From a virus: DNA of 57,029 nucleotides. The position numbers and the translations under genes are program-made. Below the pieces are notes generated by a model that saw only the letters and a program-made list of their open reading frames with translations, did not search any database and was not told the DNA's origin. Where the stretch lies: IMG/VR virus record IMGVR_UViG_3300018017_000001. The stretch is one strand, 5' to 3'. Positions 50,314-57,029 of this stretch are shown one piece after another. How positions within the stretch are numbered: the stretch's first letter is position 1; each line of letters begins with the position of its first letter.

Positions 50314-52878
50314 ATGAAACGAACACTTTTGATTCTGTTGGTTGCTCTAGCTATGCAGGCGCTTGCTTCTGCTCAATCCGTGTCATGTCCAGGGACGGCG
50401 CAGTGCCTTTATGGAGTCACACCGACGGGCACTTGGCACTTCATGAAACTGGACTCGAACGGGAACATCGAGTTGGCTGCTTCCGCTTCGCTTTCGCTTA
50501 CTACGCCGACCGCTACGTGCCCAACTCCGGGAGCTTGCCCATATGCCGTCGGTGCCGACAGTTTGTTCCACTATTTCCAGGTTGACGCGAACGGAAACTT
50601 GCAGACGACGGGAGGAACTGCCGGTTCCGTCGCGCTGTCGAACGTGACTGCTCCGGGCGCTGCAGCCACTTTCGTTGACGCTAACTGGCCTGTCAGTTTT
50701 ACAGCTGCGACCACGACTGGATCTCAAGCCGCGTTCTCCACTGTCGAAGCTACGGCTGCGACCGGATCGGGTGATGTGGAAGATCAGATCACGACTCTGA
50801 CGACCTCGACGGCGATCCCGCTTCAGATCACTCAAGGAGCGGCCGGCCCGTCAGGTGCAAACGCGCCTGCGGTGTTCAACATTTCATCAGCCGGAACGGG
50901 AGGCGCTGCGGCAGCGACTGGCGGCGGTTTTGTGGGTGCTCCAATTACGTTGAACACAGGGGCGGGTTCTGCTGCTGGCGCAACGTCAGGCACAGGCGGA
51001 GCTGGAGGTGGTCTCAGCCTCACAATGGGGGCTGGCGGTGCAGGTTCTTCAACTACGGGTAACGGTGGGGTAGGGGGAACCTTCGCGGTTACTGAAGGCG
51101 CGGGTGGGGCTGCAGGTGGGGCGACGGCCAACGGTGGAGGAACGGGCGGCGGAGTGTCATGGACTCTTGGAGCAGGCGGAGTTGCTGCTGCAACCGGCAC
51201 AGCTGGAAACGGCGGTGCATGGGCCTTCACCACTGGAGCTGGAGGTAACAGTGGTTCGGGAGCGAGCACTGCTGGCAACGGTGGAGGTGTAACGTTCACG
51301 CTTGGTGCGCCCGGAACCGTAAGCGCGACTGGAACAGGCGGAACCGTCGGCGTGTTCTCTGTGACTGGCAACGCTCCTTCATCGACCGCTAATCCAACGG
51401 GAGAATCGGCAGGAACCAATTTCAGCGTGGCTGGAATCGCCGGGGGTGCAAGTTCGGCTGCCACAGGCACGGGAGGTGTTGGCTCGAACGTGACGATTGC
51501 TGCTGGAACAGGTGGTGCAGGTACAGGAGCTACGGCAGGCACGGGTGGTGCTGGCGGTAACATCACCCTCACAACTGGTGCTGGCGGAGCAAACAGTGGT
51601 TCCGGTACTGTTGGATTCCCCGGCTATTACCTCTTCAATGGCTCTCCGATCACGGCGGGAACTAGTACCACCAACTTACCATTGGTGCAAATTTGGCCGT
51701 CGGGAGCGGTTGCTCCTACGACGTGGGCTGCCAACGGCACGATGCTCGGCATCAACATGCCATCTGGTTTTGCCGGAGACGCTATCGAGCTACATGCTAA
51801 CGGCGGCGGCGCCATATTTAAGCTGGGCGCAGGCGGAGGATTAACCGTTCAAGGCAGCATCGGCGGTATTGCCGCCTCAACGTTCAGCATTCAATCGGGA
51901 CTTGACGGCAACGCCACTGCCGCCGCCGCCACGCTTACCGTTCGCGGCCAAGGGGTAAGTGGTGGATCGACGGGCAGCATCGCCGGTGCTGCGGTTACAA
52001 TAAACGGCGGCGACAACGCAAGCAGCGGAGCGACGGAGACAGGTGGAGCGCTCACGCTTCGCGGCGGTGACACGACGAACGCGAGCGCAGCCGTTCAGAC
52101 CACGGGGTCGGTCACTATCCGTGGAGGCAACAACTCCTCGACAGGCGCGAGCACGCTCGGCACAGTCACCATCACGGGCGGAACTCAGTCCGGCGCGGCC
52201 ACTAACGGAGCCGGGGGAGCTGTCACGATCCAATCAGGTCTAGGCACCGGTAATGCAACTGGATCAAACCTGATTTTCAAGACGGCGAACATACAAGGTA
52301 GCGGTTCAACTGCTCAGACGGAGACTACTGCTCTCACGATCGACCAAACGCAAATCTCCAGTTTTGGAGGATTGGTACAAGACACGGCGGCCCGCGTGTT
52401 TATGACCGCTGATTGGACTTGTGGAACTGGTGGAACTGTTTCCTCTTGCGTAGCAGCTACGATAGTCGGATCGACTGGCACTCCGCTCACGATCACCCTG
52501 CCCAACAGTGCGCAGTCATGGCACTGGCATTGTCACGTCGTCGTCACCGACACGACAGCCGCACCGGCAAACAACTGGGCCATGATAACAGCCACGAACG
52601 GGGCGACCAACGTCACGGCATCTTACAGCGGTTATACGGCCGCCGCCGTCCCGGCTGGTGGTGCTACCACAGACACTGCCAGCACGACAGCTTCAATCAC
52701 CATCGGTGGAACTTGGACCCAGGGCGCAACCGCAACCAAGATGCCTTATGACATAGACGCCTGGATTGAAGGGGCTTCAGCGTCCGGCACGGTAGTAAGT
52801 CTGCAGGTCATCGACCCTACGGTTGGCGACTTGCTCACGATCTATCGCGGAGCATATTGCACCGTCGGGCCATTCTAG
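50314..52878 (+). CDS. Gly-rich beta-helix-like fibre or spike protein with signal-peptide-like N-terminus
   Basis: Start at MKRTLLILLVALAMQALASA (GGGAGA SD). Long run of G-x-GG-x-(hydrophobic alternation)-GAGG repeats. The C-terminal Cys-containing tip domain is shared with gene 19554. Confidence 0.6.
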   Translation: MKRTLLILLVALAMQALASAQSVSCPGTAQCLYGVTPTGTWHFMKLDSNGNIELAASASLSLTTPTATCPTPGACPYAVGADSLFHYFQVDANGNLQTTGGTAGSVALSNVTAPGAAATFVDANWPVSFTAATTTGSQAAFSTVEATAATGSGDVEDQITTLTTSTAIPLQITQGAAGPSGANAPAVFNISSAGTGGAAAATGGGFVGAPITLNTGAGSAAGATSGTGGAGGGLSLTMGAGGAGSSTTGNGGVGGTFAVTEGAGGAAGGATANGGGTGGGVSWTLGAGGVAAATGTAGNGGAWAFTTGAGGNSGSGASTAGNGGGVTFTLGAPGTVSATGTGGTVGVFSVTGNAPSSTANPTGESAGTNFSVAGIAGGASSAATGTGGVGSNVTIAAGTGGAGTGATAGTGGAGGNITLTTGAGGANSGSGTVGFPGYYLFNGSPITAGTSTTNLPLVQIWPSGAVAPTTWAANGTMLGINMPSGFAGDAIELHANGGGAIFKLGAGGGLTVQGSIGGIAASTFSIQSGLDGNATAAAATLTVRGQGVSGGSTGSIAGAAVTINGGDNASSGATETGGALTLRGGDTTNASAAVQTTGSVTIRGGNNSSTGASTLGTVTITGGTQSGAATNGAGGAVTIQSGLGTGNATGSNLIFKTANIQGSGSTAQTETTALTIDQTQISSFGGLVQDTAARVFMTADWTCGTGGTVSSCVAATIVGSTGTPLTITLPNSAQSWHWHCHVVVTDTTAAPANNWAMITATNGATNVTASYSGYTAAAVPAGGATTDTASTTASITIGGTWTQGATATKMPYDIDAWIEGASASGTVVSLQVIDPTVGDLLTIYRGAYCTVGPF

Positions 52879-52926
52879 TTTGAGCCAGCAGGACATCACG
52901 CTGTTGTAAGAAAAGGAGAGATCACA

Positions 52927-53103
52927 ATGAACAACTTCACGAAGTGGCTTCCAATCCTTGTGACCTTGTGCGCCACGGTGGGCGCGGCGGTATTCACGCC
53001 AGCGTTCATCTCTGCGCATCCGGTTGTGTTTGCAGTTCTCAATGGGATCGCTATGTGTTTGCACGCAGCGCTACCATCGGTGTTTACGAGCAACACTAAG
53101 TAG
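52927..53103 (+). CDS. Holin-like small membrane protein (2 TM)
   Basis: 58-aa ORF translated by hand: MNNFTKWLPILVTLCATVGAAVFTPAFISAHPVVFAVLNGIAMCLHAALPSVFTSNTK. GGAGAG SD. Confidence 0.45.
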   Translation: MNNFTKWLPILVTLCATVGAAVFTPAFISAHPVVFAVLNGIAMCLHAALPSVFTSNTK

Positions 53104-53112
53104 AGGTTCGCT

Positions 53113-53388
53113 ATGAATTGGATCATCTCAGCGTGGAACGAATTCACCGACTCGCTCAACACGCGAGGCGGGACGATCGCTTTGCTGTTCGTGTCTTGCG
53201 TCGGCTTGTTCTTCGGTGTGATCCACGTCATGCACCACGGGGACAATGGGCAAGGAGCATCTGTGATCGTCTCCACTTTTTCAGGCTTTACGGGCGCTTT
53301 GCTCGTGGCACTGACGGGCAAGGACCGCCAGCAAAACGGCAACGGGAAAACTGATGCTCCGCCAACCCCTGTAAATCCCAAACCGTGA
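53113..53388 (+). CDS. Holin-like membrane protein (2 TM)
   Basis: 91 aa with two hydrophobic helices and a charged/Pro-rich tail. Confidence 0.45.
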   Translation: MNWIISAWNEFTDSLNTRGGTIALLFVSCVGLFFGVIHVMHHGDNGQGASVIVSTFSGFTGALLVALTGKDRQQNGNGKTDAPPTPVNPKP

Positions 53389-53430
53389 GGAGAGACCTTC
53401 GATGAATTTCACGTTTACGGAGGGACTCCG

Positions 53431-53676
53431 GTGAGCGAAGCCATATGGATAGCAGTATTAAGCGGATCCGGAGTTGCTCTGCTGGCGATGGCTACGTTTA
53501 TTGTAAACAGTGTCACTGGAGATATCGGTAAGCTTTCCGAGCGTACTTATAGGATCGAGCGGCAACACAAGCGAATCTTGACTGCCTTGATGGAATTGAA
53601 CGACGCAACCCATCCCGACACTCAGAACGTCACGCGCATCTTGAAACCACTCATCGAGAACGGAGACGACCGATGA
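53431..53676 (+). CDS. N-terminally anchored small protein (i-spanin-like or antiholin-like)
   Basis: GTG start with GGAGGG 6 nt upstream. One TM followed by a helical charged region. Confidence 0.35.
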   Translation: MSEAIWIAVLSGSGVALLAMATFIVNSVTGDIGKLSERTYRIERQHKRILTALMELNDATHPDTQNVTRILKPLIENGDDR

Positions 53677-54134
53677 ACTGGCTTGTGCAGCGCGGCAAGG
53701 GAGACGGCACGGCGGTGCTCGGGGAACTGTTCCTAAATGGATTGCTCGCTCGGCGCGAGTGCTTCACGCTTGAACCTGATCCGCCGATTCTCGCAGGCAC
53801 TTACGATTTGATCATCGACCAATCAGCTAGATTCGGGCGTTTGATGCCGCACGTTGTTGGAGTTCCTCCGTGTCCGCCAGATCGCGGGATACGTATTCAC
53901 TGGGGAAATTGGCGCAAAGACACGCTCGATTGCACGCTGGTAGGCGAGACCGAGAGCGCAGACTTTGTTGGGCACTCAGTCGATGAGTTCAATCTTTTGT
54001 TCGTGAAACTGCAAAAAGCACTAGAGCAGGGTCCGGTTACGATCACATACAAGGATTACGACCCAAACTTGCCGAGCGCTCCCTCTGGTGCTGGTGGTGG
54101 TAGTACACTAATTTCAAGTGGAGGAACACAATGA
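53673..54134 (+). CDS. DUF5675-like protein (IHWGN...DC motif), possible cell-wall enzyme
   Basis: 153 aa. ..CFTLEPDPPILAGTYDL...GIRIHWGNWRKDTLDCTLVGE resembles the DUF5675 pattern as I recall it. Function is unknown. Confidence 0.4.
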   Translation: MNWLVQRGKGDGTAVLGELFLNGLLARRECFTLEPDPPILAGTYDLIIDQSARFGRLMPHVVGVPPCPPDRGIRIHWGNWRKDTLDCTLVGETESADFVGHSVDEFNLLFVKLQKALEQGPVTITYKDYDPNLPSAPSGAGGGSTLISSGGTQ

Positions 54135-54658
54135 AGCAAATCAGCATTCTGGTTCTTGCTGTAGCTTTGGTTCTCGCTTGCCCGCTCTTCGCGCAGGCTC
54201 CCCCGAACGCCTTCGATCCCACCTCGTTCAGTTTCAATCTCTCCCCGATCAGCCTGCCCGGTTTGGGAACCACGTTGGCCGGAGCCGAGACGGACGCGCT
54301 CTTCAGTCTCAGCACGAACAACAACTTGGGAATGACGACTCTCGTCGGTAATTCTACGTTTCTTGGAGGGCGCTACGAGCGCGTGATTCCCCAGGTCGCC
54401 AACTATCTCCAGAACCACACAGCGTTGACGGGAGGAAACTACGAGTTCGGGATCACTTCCAGCGTCGGCGTGGTAAAGGTTCCAGCCAGGGACTATTGGG
54501 GAGGACGGGCCGGGTTCTTCCTGAAGTATGCTCCCGCAGGCAGCCAGAGCTTCAACATCGCGTTCGAGGCTCAGGCAAATTACTTGCCTGAGTACGGTGG
54601 AACAACTAGCCCGCACTGGGTGGCGAGCATCGCCGTGGGGCCGAACTTCAGGTTCTAG
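54131..54658 (+). CDS. Small outer-membrane beta-barrel-like or lipoprotein-like protein
   Basis: Signal peptide MKQISILVLAVALVLACPLFAQA (a possible weak lipobox, LAC). Alternating beta pattern. C-terminal ..IAVGPNFRF ends in Phe, as OMPs do. Confidence 0.5.
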   Translation: MKQISILVLAVALVLACPLFAQAPPNAFDPTSFSFNLSPISLPGLGTTLAGAETDALFSLSTNNNLGMTTLVGNSTFLGGRYERVIPQVANYLQNHTALTGGNYEFGITSSVGVVKVPARDYWGGRAGFFLKYAPAGSQSFNIAFEAQANYLPEYGGTTSPHWVASIAVGPNFRF

Positions 54659-54779
54659 ACAACTCTTTAGAACACTCCGTCCCGCGTCCAGGGTCGTCTA
54701 TAGGCTCTGATCCGGCTCCGGGTATAGGTAACCGCTAGGGGCCGGAGAACCTCCCTTAAAACCCGAAATAGGAGGAACA

Positions 54780-55568
54780 ATGCCAAACTTCAAACTGGGC
54801 CGCAACCCGGTCAAGTTCCACCCTAAGACGCTCCGCCTAAGCAAGTACCTCAATCCCGCGCCTCTGCCGGATCCGGTGGAGAAGGTCTATCGGGAATACA
54901 AAACCCCGGCCGCCGCGATGCAGATGTTCGGCAACGACCAATGGGGCGACTGTACCTGTGCTGGCATAGCCAACAAGTTGGTCAGCGACAGCTGCCATAC
55001 TGGAACGGTGATCATTCCGACAGAGGCTGAGGTGCTGGCCCTGTACTCAGCCGTCACCGGCTTCGATCCGAACGCTGGTCCTCCGGGAAGCAATCCGACC
55101 GATAACGGCGCGGCCATGACCGACGTCCTCGCCTACATGCAGAGCACGGGCATCACGATCGGCGGCGTTGTCTACAAGATTCTCGGCTGGGCGGAGATCG
55201 ACATCACGAACCTGGCTCATCGGCGCATTGGGTGTCAGCTGTTCAACGGGACTTACACGGGCGTGAACCTGCCGTCCGCTGCGCAGAGCCAGTTCATCGA
55301 GGGCCAGCAGTGCGATTGGGAAGTGGTTCCGAACGACACGATCGTCGGCGGCCACTGCATCTTCCGGCCGGGATATGGATCGGAGGGTGATGCTTACGTC
55401 ACTTGGGCCAACTGGTGGGTAAAGGCATCAGCGGCCTGGAGCGCAGCGTATATCGAAGAGGAGTACGTGATCATCACGCCAGAGTGGTTCTCTGCGGCTA
55501 CGCAGAAGACGCCTGGCGGATTGGATCTGGCAACGCTCGAGGCCGACCTAGCCGCGATTTCTAGCTAG
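54780..55568 (+). CDS. Papain-like (C1-like) cysteine peptidase, candidate endolysin or processing enzyme
   Basis: 262 aa with AGGAGGAACA SD. NDQWGDCTCAG (Cys nucleophile context) and VGGHC (His context). Confidence 0.45.
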   Translation: MPNFKLGRNPVKFHPKTLRLSKYLNPAPLPDPVEKVYREYKTPAAAMQMFGNDQWGDCTCAGIANKLVSDSCHTGTVIIPTEAEVLALYSAVTGFDPNAGPPGSNPTDNGAAMTDVLAYMQSTGITIGGVVYKILGWAEIDITNLAHRRIGCQLFNGTYTGVNLPSAAQSQFIEGQQCDWEVVPNDTIVGGHCIFRPGYGSEGDAYVTWANWWVKASAAWSAAYIEEEYVIITPEWFSAATQKTPGGLDLATLEADLAAISS

Positions 55569-56184
55569 GCTTCTCCGTGGCGGGCGCGGCTGGGGAAGCA
55601 AGAGCCTTCTCTGCAAATAGCACGTCAGGATGGTCAGGACTGTGCTCTCCACGAAAATAGGGTAGCAATCGTTCAAGCGCCTGCTTGAGTGATTCGACCT
55701 GAGCCTTCAATTCGTCCAGAGTTGATGAACACTCGTCGCACCCGTATTCCTGTGCTAGTATTGACCAGCGATTAGCCCTTTCGTTGGCGGCGTCCCGCTC
55801 GGCCTTGAGACGGGCATTTTCGCTCAGCAATTTGCCGAATGTCTCTGGAGGCATCGCAACTTCGTCTCTCGCTGTCATCTCTACCTTCGGCTTGCCCGCG
55901 TCGTGCCAAGGATGCAGCGGTTCCAAATCAGACCAGCCATTTCCCTCTGCTATGATTTTGAACCGCTGTTTGATTTCTACATCATGTTCGGGTGGCCACC
56001 ACGCTTTAATATATGCGCCATACGGAGCCGGACCACCTTTGCCAATCGTGCCTTCACAACTGGAAAAGGTTCGCACGCCTGAAAGAGAATTAAGCCAACG
56101 CAGAGGAGCGGCGATTTTCTCATCAGCGTCAATCCAAACTTGAACGGGAACTGTTGTATGCGGGCATCGGTCGGTGCTAGTCAT
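55561..56184 (-). CDS. Last gene of the leftward block; hypothetical, coiled-coil C-terminus ending ..ASPAAPATEKPS
   Basis: Start at MTSTDRCPH (GAAGGGAAAG SD). Track ORF 55561..56250. It converges on gene 54780 with an 8-nt overlap. Confidence 0.5.
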   Translation of the reverse strand: MTSTDRCPHTTVPVQVWIDADEKIAAPLRWLNSLSGVRTFSSCEGTIGKGGPAPYGAYIKAWWPPEHDVEIKQRFKIIAEGNGWSDLEPLHPWHDAGKPKVEMTARDEVAMPPETFGKLLSENARLKAERDAANERANRWSILAQEYGCDECSSTLDELKAQVESLKQALERLLPYFRGEHSPDHPDVLFAEKALASPAAPATEKPS

Positions 56185-56216
56185 CGCTTTCCCTTCGGCG
56201 CTCTCAACTGACGATA

Positions 56217-56480
56217 CTATCCGGCAGTATGGGGTTGATGTCTCGCCCACTCTTTGTCTTGCTCAATTAGTGACGCTCCATCACCACATTTCCGCCCGTA
56301 CCATCGTTCACGGGCTTTGACCGCCGTGTTCCAAGCAGACAAACAATCCCGTAAATATCCGGCGAGCACGAAATCGGGTGTGTCCGAACCGTTTTCCTGC
56401 GAGTAGCGGTTTATGAGCGATTCTAGTTCCTTAGCAAACTCGCCCCGACGATTCTGCGCTTCATCTTTTTCATTTGTCAT
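56217..56480 (-). CDS. Hypothetical early protein
   Basis: 87 aa. The ATG is preceded by GGAGGGAAAG, which follows the junction motif. Confidence 0.55.
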   Translation of the reverse strand: MTNEKDEAQNRRGEFAKELESLINRYSQENGSDTPDFVLAGYLRDCLSAWNTAVKARERWYGRKCGDGASLIEQDKEWARHQPHTAG

Positions 56481-56483
56481 AGG

Positions 56484-56981
56484 CTACTTTCCCTCCGGCG
56501 CTGGGGACGCCCAACTAGATAATTGCTTAGCAAGATCACTGGCTTGTTCCTGCGTAACGTAAACCGTTCCCGAATCCCCGCAGTCCATGCGGATTCCGAT
56601 TACATGAGGCTCCTCGCCGTCTTCCATGAGCCAAATGTGGTCCGTGCATTTTCCTTGCAAATGCAACTGGCCGGTGATATCGAGTTCTCGCCACTCCAAA
56701 AACATATGGTGGTTGCCTTCGCCTAATGTATGTTTCCCCGGTGCGGGACAGTGGCCTTCCGGCACCTGCGGTTTGCATTCGCCACAAGTGAACACATCGG
56801 TGTCGGACGACCAAGAGCAATCATCTCGACCATAGGCATGAGACTTCGGATTGTTCCTGTAGTTCGTGAGCAGAAACGTATAGCGATAAACGGCAGGCTC
56901 GCCACAGTTCTCGCATTCGATTCTGGCCCGATACTTCACAATCACCTTTCGTTCTCCTTCACCTTTCAATTGAGTTAGCAT
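56484..56981 (-). CDS. Cys-rich hypothetical early protein ending ..WASPAPEGK
   Basis: 165 aa with several CxxC pairs. Its start lies inside the terminal repeat (equivalent to position 75). Confidence 0.6.
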   Translation of the reverse strand: MLTQLKGEGERKVIVKYRARIECENCGEPAVYRYTFLLTNYRNNPKSHAYGRDDCSWSSDTDVFTCGECKPQVPEGHCPAPGKHTLGEGNHHMFLEWRELDITGQLHLQGKCTDHIWLMEDGEEPHVIGIRMDCGDSGTVYVTQEQASDLAKQLSSWASPAPEGK

Positions 56982-57029
56982 CTGTTCACTCCTTCTCCGG
57001 CGCTGGGGACGCCCGCCAATTCCCCTGGA
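56907..57029. repeat. Direct terminal repeat, right copy
   Basis: Identical to 1..123. This implies a circular or terminally redundant genome of 56,906 unique bp. Confidence 0.95.

Overview
The window is a complete, densely coded tailed-phage genome with a probably podovirus-like layout. The first 123 nt (1..123) are identical to the last 123 nt (56907..57029), so the unique length is 56,906 bp and the contig closes on itself. There are two transcription blocks. A leftward block of small early genes runs from about 5674 down through position 1 and wraps to 57029..55561. A rightward block runs 5790..55568. It carries recombination genes (Cas4-like exonuclease, RecT), replication (DnaB), two DNA methyltransferases and several HNH genes. 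These are followed by TerS, TerL, portal, scaffold-like protein and an HK97-fold major capsid protein. A 5-kb sugar/radical-SAM island comes next, then large tail and internal proteins, two fibre proteins and a lysis-like cassette. An OMP-like gene suggests a diderm host. I found no tRNA, CRISPR array or integrase. The main oddities are listed here. (1) The terminase large subunit appears split into an ATPase ORF and a nuclease ORF 3.3 kb apart, with nine unrelated ORFs between them. (2) A glycosyltransferase, methyltransferase, B12-radical-SAM and nucleotide-sugar-dehydrogenase island sits between the capsid and tail genes. Its methyltransferase contains an in-frame TAA. (3) A 14-bp perfect palindrome, CTGCAAATTTGCAG, recurs at gene junctions. 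(4) Several other families of conserved junction sequences occur just upstream of start codons and also encode shared C-terminal peptide tails (ASPAP-type, KAFYGG). (5) A 0.75-kb atypical region with a good promoter lies upstream of the replication genes. (6) An HNH cassette is inserted at the 5' end of a virion gene and is out of frame in a G6 run. All functional calls come from reading motifs by eye. No database search was run.
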